Of a stretch of 64,000 nt of DNA, positions 48,474-61,539 are shown one piece after another. Below the pieces are notes generated by a model. The model was not told the origin of the DNA and did not search any database. It saw nothing but the letters and a program-made list of their open reading frames with translations. The DNA is from Raillietiella orientalis (Eukaryota). The stretch's first letter is position 1, and each line of letters begins with the position of its first letter. The DNA is taken from positions 310,001 to 374,000 of the forward strand of contig JAYWIR010000004.1 in the NCBI GenBank assembly GCA_036172245.1. The letters run 5' to 3'. The position numbers and the translations under genes are program-made.

Positions 48474-49011
48474 CCTGGAGACAAACGGAAACTCGGGTGT
48501 CGCTCGCATACGCGCAACCCTGGCACTCCCCACGGCTCCTCCGGAATTCCGCGGAGAGGAAAAGGTCAACGCCCTGAGCTAGCGGTTGGACTCGGCGTCC
48601 ATCCCGAGTCAACGCTCCGTCCGGACGCTCCCGGGCCTTCCCAGCAAGGGGAATACTCAGGCACACAGAGCGCGCTCCCTCCCCCCTTCCCTGCCCGTGG
48701 CCCTACACGCCCTTTCCACGGGTCGATTCTTCATGCTTCTGCCGCCGCCGCCCCGCCCGCCCACCTCCAGCACCTCCCGAAAAAGAGGCTGCTGCAGGAG
48801 TCGGATCGGAATTCCTCTCTCTTCTTTGTTCTCGGCTTCATTCGAGGGTCTCTTGGAAGGAATGACCTGTTCTCACCCGGTGGAGCCCCGTGTCTTTGAC
48901 CTCCGGCGGCAGCATCCTCCTCGGAACGCAAGGCAGCAGCCAGCGCAGAACCGAGGCGGGGAAAGGACGCGCGAGGATCCGTTCTCAGCCTGCACCGCAG
49001 ACCAAAGAGCC
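48474..49011. promoter_or_regulatory. Putative bidirectional promoter / 5'UTRs between head-to-head genes C and D
   Basis: Only 538 bp separate the two divergent ATG micro-exons; the interval is GC-rich and has TCATTC (Inr-like) on each strand around 48838-48865. Confidence 0.5.
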
Positions 49012-50309
49012 ATGAGGTGAGTTGCATCCTCTTTGTAAAGAAACGGCGAGTCGAGCCGTCGTCCGCGCGCTGCGGAACCCGTGACGCAGCGGCGTCTGGC
49101 AATGGCCATCGCGACTGAGGACGCTCTCCTCTCGATCCTTCATCGCGCCGTGCGCAACCGATGCGAAGTCCAACACCGTCCGACGCGCCATTGGGTCGCT
49201 GCTCTCTGAGCAGCAGCGCCGGGAGATGACCCCGAAAAGCAGCGCGTTGTCCTTCCCTTCACTGTTGTTTTTTTTTTCGTCCCTCTTGGGGCGGGAGGCG
49301 AAATCACTGATCGGGGGTCCCTCGCCGAGGGGGTAGTTGGAAGCCATGAAGGTACGTTGCTCTTTGTTTCCAGGTTGCCGTGCTTCCTGCTGATCTGCCT
49401 GTGCTCCGCGGTCCACTGCAGTACCATCTACAGGAGGAACGTGGAAAGCACCAACAACGCCACATGGCATGGTCGCGGCAAAAATCCAGCTGCCCCCTCC
49501 GATGCGGAAGTCTCCAAACTCTGTCCCAACGTAAACGGGCCTGAGCCCGTCTTCATCTCCAGCCCCTACTACTGCGAGGAATTCTTCATCTGCGACAACG
49601 GGGTCGCCTGGAGCCACATCTGCCCTGAGCCCCTGTACTTCAACCCGGGAAAGCAAGTCTGCGACTTCGCCTCCAACGTCGACTGCTCATCGCAGGCCAG
49701 GTAACGGAGGGGCGGCACGGAAATGCCCCCCCTCCGGCGGCGGCGGCTGGGAGGGCCGCGCCCGGATAAGGAGTCGCCTCACACCGCTCCGCCCCTTCCA
49801 GGAAACCCGCGTCCTTGCTCAAGGGCGAACAAACCTGCGAGGGGTCCGACGAGCTGCTGTTCTTCCGCTCGCCATCCGACTGCTCCTCCTTCTACCAGTG
49901 TCACGAAGGGTTCCAGCACACCTACAGCTGCCCTCAGGGCCTGGTTTTCGACGAGAACCTGCAGATCTGCTCCCGGGGCTCGGACTGCGACCTGAGGAGC
50001 GCTGGGACCGCCACCTTTGAGTCCTTGCCCTCCCGACCCAGCAACCAGGTCGTGATGAAGCTGGAGTCGCTCCGGAGGAACATGCGCTCCGACTTCCGCA
50101 ACAGATACAAAGTGCTGACCAACCTGGTCCGAGAAGCCAAAACGCGCCTCGACAGGCAACCCGATACGCAGAGTCGAATAGAGAATTACGTTACACGATT
50201 CCGAGAGTCTCTGTTAGATCAGATCCAGGGAACGCAGAAGCTGCTGACCGAGCTGTACGGAGTGCTGGTGGAGTGGAGAAACGCGCCCGGCAACCAGAAG
50301 TCTCAATAA
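49012..50309 (+). CDS. Cluster gene D: secreted protein, signal peptide + 2 CBM14 + helical tail (~279 aa)
   Basis: Exons 49012-49016 (ATGAG|GTGAGT), 49374-49700, 49802-50309. MRLPCFLLICLCSAVHC; CPNVNGPEPVFISSPYYCEEFFICDNGVAWSHICPEPLYFNPGKQVCDFASNVDC; CEGSDELLFFRSPSDCSSFYQCHEGFQHTYSCPQGLVFDENLQICSRGSDC; helical tail. AATAAA at 50305-50310 overlaps the stop. Confidence 0.92.
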
Positions 50310-53300
50310 ATGTGTCCACTGCTTTGAGCTCCCGTTCTCCTCTACCCCGCCCCGTTCGGCGAACGGCGGGCTCGGGTTGTTGCACCTCCCACTCTGGGCT
50401 CCATGAGGGAGCAGGGAGATCCATCACTGCTCGCAGACGACATGGTCGCAGCCTGTCCCAGGCAGAGCAAGAGCGGAAGAGCAACAGGAAGTTTCACTCT
50501 GCCGCAGACTGCTGGGACGGCCTCCCATTCCGAAGCGCCTTGGGATGGGACGTGTCAGTGAGTCGTCTCAGCGGCCTCCAGTTTCCGTGGGGCAGCACCC
50601 GTAGGCGTAAGCTCGGAGGGAGAATCCATCCTTCCAAGATTAGCGTCGGAGTTCCCCACACACATACACACCCTTCCTGGCTGGATGCCGCCGCTGACAG
50701 GGCTATCGACGAAAGGGTCTCGATAGAGGGCTACGTGAACCGCAATAGGGAACCAGCTTTCTCCATGTTTAGTCCCCAAGGCAGCTGACGGGAGCATTCA
50801 TGTGGCGACTGGGATTCCCTAGCTAGGATGGAAAATCGTAGCTAAAGTACCAACCTCTGAAAGGGGAAGAGGGAAACGGGAAGGACCTGCCAGATGGCCT
50901 CAGAGGTCCGACCGAGGACTTGCACGTGCGGGCCGAGAGCAGTACAAGAAAGTACGCCTTCCAGAGGCTTCAGTAAAAGAAGGGCTTCATGGGAACGCCA
51001 TCCTGAAGACAACAGAGTGAAGGGGATGGTTCTCTAGGTTTCTTTCCTCTCCCCTTGTGTTGAGGAGCATTCTTCTGGAGTAGGAGAGGGGGGTAATGGA
51101 CAGGATTCTTCTCTCTGTCGTCATTGCTAAACTGAATATCAGTTTGCTGCCGGCACCGTGAAGAGTGCTGGCAAGGAGGGACCCACCACCATCTGGCGTC
51201 CTTCCTTGCTCTGAACCCGACGGGTCTCGCCGCCTCCCGTAGCGTCGGTGGCATTTCGCCCCTTCCTCTCACCCCACTTGCCGGCTTTCTCGCGCCGCCA
51301 CCGGACTCTCGAAGCTCACCTTGCCACCGGTCTGGGATATGGCGGCAGCAGCGCCCCCACTCGGAGAATGGGGGAAGTGCAAAGGGAACATCCTGTTCCG
51401 CATCAACAAGGCGTCCCTCGATTCACTCTTGGGTTATCTCAGCGGAGTGACACGACCGTCGCGCCCCGAACGGTGGCGCGGGTCGCCATTCTGGCAGCCC
51501 TCTGCCCCAAATAGCTCCGGACCCACGCAGAAGTTTCATCCTGTAAGAGCACTCTACTGAAATCCCCAGGTTTAATACCCCAGGTTTTTATTACCGTGGA
51601 TCACCAAAATGGTTCCCACTGGTACAGCCCGGGGCTGTTTCTTGAAAAGATAAAAAGAAATAAGTGGAGGAAGGGGTGCTTTTGCTTAACCCACCGAGTC
51701 CTAGAAGGGAGGGAGGGAGCCACTGACCAACGCGCAGGTCGGCCGCTTCGCAAGACTGGAACAGTGAGGAGCAGGGCGACAGGCTAAACGAAAGATGGAA
51801 GAATTGGAAGCGTCCACACCGACCGACCCTTGAGGATTCCGCTCTTCCGGATGAGAACCGGGGGAAGGCTGTGCACCCGCTACAAGCTATCCATCACGAG
51901 CACGTGACTTAAGGTGACGAAGACCAGGAGGGACAGTCCGTTCTCCAACACCGGATTCCGACCTACGCGAGGAGGCCAAGATGAGAGCAGTGCCTGACCT
52001 CACCGGCTGCTGGAATTCTTGCGACGATGGGCCGCCGGTTGCAGCCCGCTCCGCATCTTCTGCAATCTACCTGAGTCTTCCTTCCTCATTTCTTTTGTTC
52101 CCGATCGGGGCCTGTTTCACCACACTTCCCAGCGAGTGGAGTGAGTGGCCTCTCCCCTGCCGGTCGCTGCTGCTCCTCGGACACAAGGCAGCACGGCAGA
52201 AATTCCGTCTTCCATGAAGCCGCAATCATTTTCATGAAGGAATTCCATCTCCAGTCTGGGAAATCATCAATCTGGGAATCCTTTTCAGACTCCCCCGCAG
52301 GGCTGCCTCCAGTCTTCGCCAGCTTTTCAAGAAGATACCATGGTCCTCAAGGGGTTCAGCAACTCTGCCACTTTCCCGAACTCGGCCGGATGCTGAAAAA
52401 ATAGTCACTGAGTAAGGAGACGAAGGAGTTGCTGAAGGCAGGTGCCTTTTCCGAGAAATTCTTTGCCTTTCCTTCTTTCCAAAATGGTCTATTTCCATGA
52501 TCCCTTTCGCTTAACTGAAGCTGGCGGAAATTGGCCACGATGTGCCCCGGAACGGCGATATAGGCTCCTTCGGCGTCTGCACCACCACCCTCGGACAATC
52601 CAGAACCCTTGGGAGTCTAGATGCCTCCGGTCTTATTCCTTGCACTCCATCTCAGAAAACACCAGTCTCCCGAAGAACTACTCTTCTTTAGGAGCTCACG
52701 TGTCCCTGCAATGAACCGTCGATTGTTTTTACCTTCCCAATGGCCCAAGCGTCTTCCTAGCTTCCCCAGAGACCTTGAATTTAACTCGTGGTCTGCTGCT
52801 CTTTTCCGTGTGCTTTGTCTTCTAATGCGATTGAGAGTCTGCTGACATCGGTTCTCCTCCATTTCAAAGGAGGCACCAAAGCGTTTCGCGGCGTCGAGTG
52901 CGTCTTTGTGCTTCCCTGGAACACTGGGGTTTCAAAGTCGATGGAAGCTCCGAATGGGAGTCGCTGTCGCTCAGGATTCGAAAGGAGCGGTGATTGACTT
53001 TGGCAGCTGTCGCCAGGCACGAACCACTGATCGGCTGAGCGGATGTTCAGTGATGGTGAAGGACTGGGAGATTGGACCTCTCTCCGTCAAAGGATGGCTT
53101 TCTCGTTGCCAAGAGCAGTCATTGGGGTTACGCTCGATGAGGTTTTTGCGCCAGCTGTTGACAGTTACCATCGTCGAAGATCAGTTGCCGTGCCGATAAT
53201 CGCACTTCATGGGATTGGGAATGGTCCAGGGTCACACAGTTCCTGGGCACGAGCTGTTCGTCACAAAGACAAGTTCACTCAGATCATTTTTTTTTCACAT

Positions 53301-54699
53301 GATGACCAATGAGATTCTGACGAAGAAACTCACTAATGCGATTTCCAATTCTTGTAAATAACTCGGCGAGAAACTCTTGTGGGCAATTGTTCCCCCTATT
53401 CTCTTTCAGAGATGAGCCGGCATCCACCTAAGAGTTGCTGTGGGATCGTGGGATCCTAGAAACGCCATAATAGCCCACGGCAGCTCAGCCTCCCTCGCAC
53501 ATAGGAAGCAAAATGAGGCATATTCCGGGGGCACACTGGATGCCCATTCTGGAACACCAGCCAAAAGAAACAGGGAGGCAGAACCTGTAGCAGCAGACGC
53601 CTCTACAATTAGCCTGCTTTTTTCGCTTCAGCATTCAGAGAAGGCAGTATCGCTTTTTAGAAGCGTTTACTGGGTTCATCCTGAAGGATGCAGTGGCTGC
53701 TTCGTCAGCTCGACGTCAGAGAACATCTCATTGTCGATGGAAGGAGAGGTGAAGATGACGCTCCAGTAGTATAGTCACTAAGTTCAGAATTTTGCTGTCT
53801 GCAGAAGAGAGCTGGTTGAAAAGGATTCCTCAAAAGGAGGATGTAGGGAGGACTTCGTGAGTGCTTCTCGCCCATGGGAGGAGAGCGTCACCTCCCTTGC
53901 AAGGCGCACAAGTGAGGCTCTTTCTCTGACTTATGAGAGTTTAATCATTAAGGATGCAAGAAGCTGAGAGTCTGCGTCAGGATGGATCTCATTGCCCGTT
54001 TCTTACAGTTTCAGCAGATACGGCGGAACCTATCGAGCGGCAACCATTGCGAGTGGCGGAGCTCATAACGAGCTCTCCCAACTGGACATTCTCCAAAGCC
54101 TGTTCTGTCACCCAGTTTCTCCAAAGCTGACAAGCAGCTTTGGAGAAATTTCCAAGACACGAGAAATCCTACCAATAGAAACGAACGGCATAGATGTACA
54201 GCAGAGGCAATAGCTGTACATGCAAGCACTCACAAGCTTTGGGGTAAGCCAAGCTTGGATCGCGAACGCAACGAGTGGGGTCGCATTAGCGGTGGCATCT
54301 CACGGAGAGTCAAGGCACCAAGAGTGAGTCGCAAAATCGAAGAACGCGAATTCGCAGATTTCAGCGAATCTATTCGATTCAGAGTATAGTGAGGGAAATG
54401 GTCACTCATTGGAATTCTATAATCATCCTCCTATCAGCTCATTATGGATTCCGAATCCATCCTTCCAGGAAAAAACGATCCACTATCTAAAGATGGACCC
54501 ATCTCATCTGCTTTCCAGACTTCCCGTTTGCTTCCCATCCTTAATGGCTGTCTGTCAGCTACGCTTTCAAGGCAATTTGTTGATAAGTAGCGCGTTAATT
54601 TTGGCCTCAGTTTGGTGTCACCTCCCTGGGAATGAACGGGAATTGACTTCTGTGCATCAAGGGTAAGCGGTGTGGAGATGAATCACCTGGGCCGCACTT

Positions 54700-55031
54700 C
54701 CAAGCCTTCCTGCAGCGAATCTAGAAAGGGAAGAGATGAAAGTGGAGCGGAAAGACATGAGAGCAAAGCAAACCAAGAAGATACCGCAAGAGGCAGGAGT
54801 TCTTCCCTGATTCCGTGCATCAACAAGGGGGTTTTTGCCATCGAAAACGCTTGCTTGCTTTCTCGTCTGACTGTCCTTCGCGTTCGACTTTTCTCAATGA
54901 GATCACATGCCTTGACCCGTGCCACGCTCCCAGAGTGATGCTTTCTGAAAGGAATCGCCTCTATGTGTCTCCTGATTGCGCTTATTTTGTTCTGGAGTCA
55001 TCCCGAAATGCACATTCTAGTCATGAAATGA
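54700..55031 (-). mobile_element. Decayed LINE (RTE-like) reverse-transcriptase fragment
   Basis: LIEKSR...KQAFS...LMHGI resembles the LINE RT segment LIEKxxE...KAFD...GI; ~100 bp is homologous to 56499-56602. Confidence 0.4.
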
Positions 55032-56498
55032 TACAACATGCAGCTTCCGGATGTTGTATCATTTCATTTCATGATGCCTTCTAAGAGCTAATGAACTCTC
55101 TTTGCTTTCGGGTCGGAAGGGTTGTTTCACTCAATGAAGAACTCCATAGTGACGATCAGAGACCTATCGCATTCTTTAAGGTCACACAACTTGATTCGAC
55201 TGCTCCCTCGAGACTCTTCATCCGCTGCTCTGAGCTATGCGAGTGACTTCACATCTTTCAGATTCCTCAGAACACCAGAAAGATCTCCTCACAAGAAGGC
55301 CTGGAAGATCACTGTGGTGGATATCCTGCTTGTTTTCTGTTTAACAGTTCACTTGGACAACATGCAGCCCAGTCCCTTTGCCGAACCACACAGTAGTACC
55401 ATGGTTACTAACCAACGCGACACTGTCTCTGCTTGCACACGGTCTGCCAGAGGTCGATTGAGGTCCCGTTTGGCAGCCTTCTGGATGCTGACTGGCACAA
55501 ACACCTCTCAGCAGAGTTAGAATGTAGGGTGGGGGTGAGTCTAAAGTAAAGACTTTCGAGTTTGTTTGAATTCACAGGAGCCAAAAGAGTTCCGAAAAAT
55601 CTTGCCCACAAACCTGCTCGTTTTCTCATCCTCCTCAGATTTTCTGATTCACTTGTTCCTTGCCGAAAGGTTTTTCGTGCTCCTGCTGAAGAGACTTTGA
55701 TGATGAGAAGCACCCAAAATCAGAACTGCTCTTACGATTACCACTGCAATCTGTCAACCTCATTAGAGGCCCTTGCTAATGAGGTTGACAGGAGTCAACC
55801 ATTCCACCCTCGTTCGACCTTGATTAGCGAACAGAATGCTTCACTGCTGACAATATACTACATATTGTGTTGATTATGATGCAATGCTAATATTGTGCGT
55901 AGCAAGTCTCGGTACATTATTGCTGCATTGATTACGGCCTTTCCATACGCCACTCACTTTTGAATAACAAGTGATGAAACCACTGTACTCGAGTGAGCAT
56001 AGAAATGAAGCAGGCAGAGTTTACAGAAATCGGTGTACACAATCGAAAACAGTGCAGGTTGAACTTCCTGGCTCTCCAGAACAAGCAAAGTGGGAAGCAG
56101 ATTTCTGCACAGCCCAGACCTACAAGCGCAAAAGTCCGTTCAGAGATGCGTCAAACATGAAGGCAGGCTCAAAGAATCAAGGGAAGTTCTCCGGAAAGCC
56201 GTTCAACAAGAAGCGAAGGCGCTGTCGTCTGGGCGACACATCCCAACCAAACATCCACCAGCGATAGGCACCCTGCGAGTACCTGCACAACTTCCGGCGC
56301 CGGACATCGGACCACGATTGCCCTGCTCTCTTCCTCAGAAGGATAGCGGAGCTTCCATTCTGCGCTTCAGTCCCACGTTTCGCGGGAGTATTTCTTGCAT
56401 ACGAATGGAGGAATGACCGCGAACAGTGGGCAGCAAAAATCAGGGCAGTGAAGCTGGCGTCGTCGACCAGTCGAATCCAGCCGCATAGCAAAACGACA

Positions 56499-56960
56499 TA
56501 TCATTTCACGAGTGGAATCTGCCTTTCGGGACGACTCCCCAAAGGAACAAGCGCAATCAGTAGACACACGGAGGCGATTCCTTCCAGAGAGCATCGCTCC
56601 GGGATTCCAATCGCAGGCAGATAAACAGCGCCTCGCCGTTCGGGAGGAATGGGAACAGGAGCTGAAAAAAGTCCCCTGGAAACTCAACCAGAGAAATTCC
56701 CGTGAAATCTGGTAAAAAGGATTTTTGCAAGGCACTTTGAAATGCGAATACTTTCGGGAAGAAACTTCCACTAGCTTTTGCCGAATCCTGTCTTCCTACC
56801 CATCTGTTTGTTCCCACAGGTCTTTTTGCAAAAATGAATGTTGAAAAGTCTGGACATATTTCTCTATAAAAGAATGCTTAGAAGGTGCAAGTGGAGCCAA
56901 AACGGCGAAATAAGAGAGTGTCCTAGAAAGGTGAGTTTCCTAGGAAAAGAGGGGAGGTTA
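56499..56960 (+). mobile_element. Decayed LINE (RTE-like) reverse-transcriptase fragment
   Basis: IISRVESAFRDDSPKEQA...PGFQS (EQxGF relic) and LKSLDIFLYKRMLRRCKW..NGEI (RTE-type C-terminal RRMLRIxW motif). Confidence 0.42.
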
Positions 56961-57618
56961 GCATTCCCCTCAACGAGAACTTTTCTCCCCGTTTCAAAAG
57001 TTTTCATCTGTTTTTTCCCCTTCCAAGAATGAATCTGGATGCTTCCCATTTGCTAGATGAAGCAGATGCGAAATCTGAAAATGTGCCTTTCTCAAGCATC
57101 TGTGTTGTGAGAAGAGGCCCCACCCGTTCCACTGTATTCCTCACCCAGTTCCAACTGACTTGATCCATGGTTTCCAGCAAATCAACAGTTGTCAAATCCA
57201 ACAAGTCTGCCTCGGAGATTCCCGACGGATGAAATCAACGCTGCTCGTTGCCACGGAATCCCGGGTGGATGGTTCCGCTCCCGAGTCCAATAAGGAGCAT
57301 CTTGCTCCTGGTGCAAACTCGATCTCAGTGCCCGCAGTGGAGCTGAGGATGCATGCCATGGCAGCAAGGAAACAATACAGGTGTGTTCTCCCAAGAAACC
57401 ATCACGCAACAGTGGAAGCGTCATTAAACGGTGGGACCACCCTCCAGGAAGCACTCTGATTTGGTCTTTCCTCTAGAGTCTAAGTTCAGTCCACATTAGT
57501 TTCAAATGATTTGCAGCGTTCCCTGGAAAAGCAGCGAGCAGTGGACCAGATCATTACAGAGATTATGCGTCAGATAAATTGAATCTATCCATGCGACCGA
57601 TGCACGTATACAGTAAAA

Positions 57619-57670
57619 GAATCGACACGACAAATTCTTTTCTCTGCGAATCGACACGACAAATTCTTTT
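57619..57670 (+). repeat. Short direct duplication (29-bp period)
   Basis: gaatcgacacgacaaattctttt occurs twice. Confidence 0.85.
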
Positions 57671-58044
57671 AGTGGGCACCGTTATTATCCAGGTGATCCC
57701 TCAGCAGGAACTTTTGAATCGAACGTCGAAGCATCGGGATCAGCAGTGAACGACCCAAACAAAGAGCCTCCTCCGCCAACGTTACTTCGAGATAGCAACA
57801 ACGAAACTCTCTCAAGCGTGCTGGAAACACCTAGGTCACGGGAAGCTTGCGTTTTCTCATTGGAAAAGCCTCAAGCAGGTTGAACTAGGCAACCAATGAC
57901 CTTTTACTTCGAATCGAACACAGGATGCTCATTGAAGCAGGTCATTGAACTGGCGCAGGAGCGTTATTCTTTGTTTGCCTACCTTGGAGGGTAGTTTCCT
58001 CTCCTTTTCCTGTTCGATCTGGTGGTTCCTGGTGGTTCTTTGCG

Positions 58045-59366
58045 ATGAGGTAAGAAGAAGCTTTGGCTTTCTGTCCTTCCTGTTTCACTCCTCTCTTTTT
58101 TGACTGAGCATCGTCGAGAATCCTGTGAGGGTTTTTCGCGTTCTTTTCCGCAGACCATCTTTCGAGTAGCTTGAGCGAGCGTTTGCGGAAGAAATCCGCA
58201 GGATGTCCTAAGAGTAGCGGCGATCGGAAAGACAAGAGCACCTCGTTCTGAGGTTCCGGTGTGTTACAAGAACTTGTGATTCGCGTGCTCTCCTGCCCTC
58301 GTTGCATGCGCCATACGGAAACCGTCTCTTCCAAAGTGTTACTGACCCTCCTTCCCGCCGTAAACAGGAAATGGCAGCAGCAGCGGTGGCTTGGTTACGG
58401 GAAATCCGGAGATTAATGTGTGCGGCATTACTGCGCGGATTACTGCACTCTGCATTATCTGCGGGATGCAGAGTGACGCCCCTGCCGGTCTCCGTTCTCC
58501 CCTCTAAGGGGGTCCATCCGAGGGCAGTTGGATGACTTTCCCCCAGACGCGGTGCAGCTCCGGAGTCTGGTTGAGAACGGTTGCCCGTCAACGCGCCCTC
58601 ACTGAACTTTCCGCGATGTTTCCGCAAGAGGGTGGCCTCCCTCGGAGGCAAGGATCCTCCGCCAAGGGCAAATGCTCCAGTTTGGAGAGGGGCGGATCTG
58701 AAAAGCAGCTCCCTTTTCCTAGGATCTCCTTATTGATTTCCTGCCTGATGGTAGTCGCCCTGGACGTGACAATGGGCTACCGCCTGGAGAACGATGAGTC
58801 CGCCGAGCAGCCAGACCTGAAGCTGCCACCCATCTTAAAGAACCCGAGGTACGCGGCCGAGAGTTTGGCCCCTCTCTCTTTCCTCGCGTGACGGCGGACA
58901 TTCTTGCAGGAACAGGAACTCCCGAGGTAACTGCGAGTCCTCGAGCGAGCAGGAGTTCTTCCGCGAGCCGGACAAGTGCTCCCACTTCTACCAGTGCCAC
59001 CAGGGCAGCAAGCTGAGCTTCCAGTGCCCCGAAGGCCTGCATTTCGACGAGGAGCTGCAGATCTGCGACGACCCAAGGACCGCGGGATGCAACGTGGAAA
59101 GGGCGCCTCCCCTCAGCGAGAACATGCAGAACCTGCTGGACCTGGTCCAGAATCTGCGTAGCCAGGTGCGCGCGGAGCGCCACCGCACGTCCACCCTCCT
59201 GGAGTCCCTGATTTACGACATTACCAACAACCCGGGAGAAGCCTCAGCGTCCAGCACCTCCGAGGTGCTCGACCAGCTAACCAACATCCTCAACAGACGT
59301 ATCCAGAGGACGCGCGATATCCTGAACAGCATCAGCAAGCAGATCGCAGAGGAACGCTCCCAGTGA
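58045..59366 (+). CDS. Cluster gene E: secreted protein, signal peptide + single CBM14 + helical tail (~195 aa)
   Basis: Exons 58045-58049 (ATGAG|GTAAGA), 58723-58848 (ISLLISCLMVVALDVTMG...), 58910-59366 (CESSSEQEFFREPDKCSHFYQCHQGSKLSFQCPEGLHFDEELQICDDPRTAGC...NLLDLVQNLRSQVRAERHRTSTLLESLIYDI...EVLDQLTNILNRRIQRT). AATAAA at 59370-59375. Confidence 0.88.
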
Positions 59367-61539
59367 GTCAATAAACGTGAGGAGCAGTGCCGTCATACGG
59401 ATCGGTCGTCCTGTCCTCGGGAACGCGCAACTCGCACCATTCCTCGTATCATCGTCCTACCTGTTGGGGAGCGAGTCAGAGTCGCTCGAAGCCGGCTGTC
59501 GGAGGCTCTAGCACCCCTTTCCTGCTTCTCCGAAGAGCGTGCGGACAGTGGCTCCCTGCGCTCTTCCTGCTGCCGAGTACCGCCGTGTGCGACTCCCTGA
59601 TGGCAGTCACCCTGCAGCACGTCGCGGTCTCGCCCTTACCTAGCCCTACTCTTTCCTTTTCGATCTTTCCTACCTCTCCAGTGGCTTTCAAGGGATGCCT
59701 GCGTGACACGTGAAGGAAAAGGACGGCCGAAGGATTTCTCTTCGGCTCTCTATCCCACCCGAGACCGTAAGCCACTGGCTCCGGCGATCGGGCAGTCAGT
59801 CGGCACTCTCCAGGTTGTCTCCCTGTCGGAGCTACGGTCATTTTGAAAGAACTGGCTCCAATCCCCCGTCTAGAGGGGCATGAGCGCCCTCGGGGTCGAC
59901 CTTGAGCAGGCTCTACCGAACAGCTGCGCTCTCCCCTACTGCCTCGCGTTGTTGCCACGCTGACGCGTCCTTCCGCGCTCTCCAGGGACGAAAGGAGATT
60001 CCAGGAAAGATCACCTGCAGCTCCTTCCAGGTGGATCACCTCTTCGGCCTGTCACCCTTGGGGGCGAACCCTCGCACCCGAACTTCTCGAGCCGCCCTCG
60101 AGCGATCGGTCATCAGGAGGAGGAAGCGGAACGCGCGTGTCGGAGGCCTTGTGATTAAGGCTTCCACGCGTGGCACCATGCCTCGCGGGTTCGAATACTC
60201 CGGCAGAAACTGACGCCACTTCGCCGTTGGGTTCCGAGTTTCTCCTGCAATGGCACTGGTTGGCATAATCATGCGGACGTGGCACCGGCGGTGGATTAAG
60301 CCGGAGGTCCCCGATGAAGGCCGGAACAATGGGAGTCGACCTTCGGGTCCTTCCAGAAATAAAGGAGTGGGGAGTTACCCCTCCGGTCGTGCAACGGAGA
60401 GCGGACCCCCGACCGGGGGACCCCTCCGGTTTCAAGATGGAGCAGGAGCCCTCACGGGCACCTCTCCAGTTGTTCAAAGAAGCGGACCCTCCCTGTTGCA
60501 GGGGACCCTCCGAGTCGCCATCTCTCCAGAAGAGTGCAAGGAAGCAAGCGAGAGCGATTCCCTGCGAGAAGCTGCAGCGCCCCTTCTGAATTTCGGAAGC
60601 GTCCCTTCGGGGTTCTCTTCAGAGTGAACAGAAGCGGTTCCCTTGCGGGTTCCCTCTGGAGAGGAAATTCCTAATAGCGGATCCTCTCCGAGTTCCCTTC
60701 GGAGAAGATGAAATGGAGAATACCACCCCCCATCCAGGGGGATCCCTTTCCAAGCGTGAGAGGAACGGACTCGAGCCCTTCCTGGATTCATAGGGCGGAC
60801 CTCCATCCCGGAGTGTCCCCTATCCTGAAGAATTACACGCCCCCCTGCGGGGTTGTCGCAGGGGAGAGGCGTGAAAACAAAACTGTTTAAAAGAGCCTCA
60901 GAGTACTTAGCGAACCAAAAAAAAAAGAAAGCTCTTAAAAAAAAAACAAAAGCTGGAAGGAAAATAGCGAAGACAGAAGAAAAAGTACCCAAGGATTTCC
61001 ATCATCCTAGCAGTGCGCGCCACCAATCAGCAGTCTCTCCTGTTTTCCTTCCTCTTTTTCTCCCCCCACCCCAGCTCCTTTATTCCCACCGCTCCCCCTA
61101 AGGAGGGAGATCTGGGGTGCGGCACAGCAAGAGAGTGGACCGCACCCAGAGGATGGTTTCCCTCCTTCCTAGGATGCGGGGGAGGAGAGGCGGCAGCCTA
61201 TCTCCACAGTACCCGCTGGTGGGTGGAATCCGAGCCGTCGTAGCGGCAGGAGAGCGGCAACCCTGCTGATGACCTCGTGGCGGCAACACAGGCAGCGTCC
61301 GCGCACTGAGGTCTTCGCGAGAGAGGAGGTCCTGCGACGGCGGAGGCCCAAGTGGTGTCGGCCCACTGCGCGCCTAGGCAACAAAGTGAAGGGAGGATTC
61401 GGATCGCTTGTCTCTGGCTCGTTTATTGTTCTCCGGAGACGCTGGGGCTCCCGCGAGCCGTCTCGTCGGAGACGTGCCGTAGTTCCTCGCCGGTGTTCGG
61501 CTTGTCTTTCGGGGGATGACGATCGTCCTCCGACTGCCC

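Noticed and set aside
49346..49373. ATGAAG|GTACG just upstream of gene D exon 2
   Set aside because: It would need a ~22-nt intron and is in the wrong phase.
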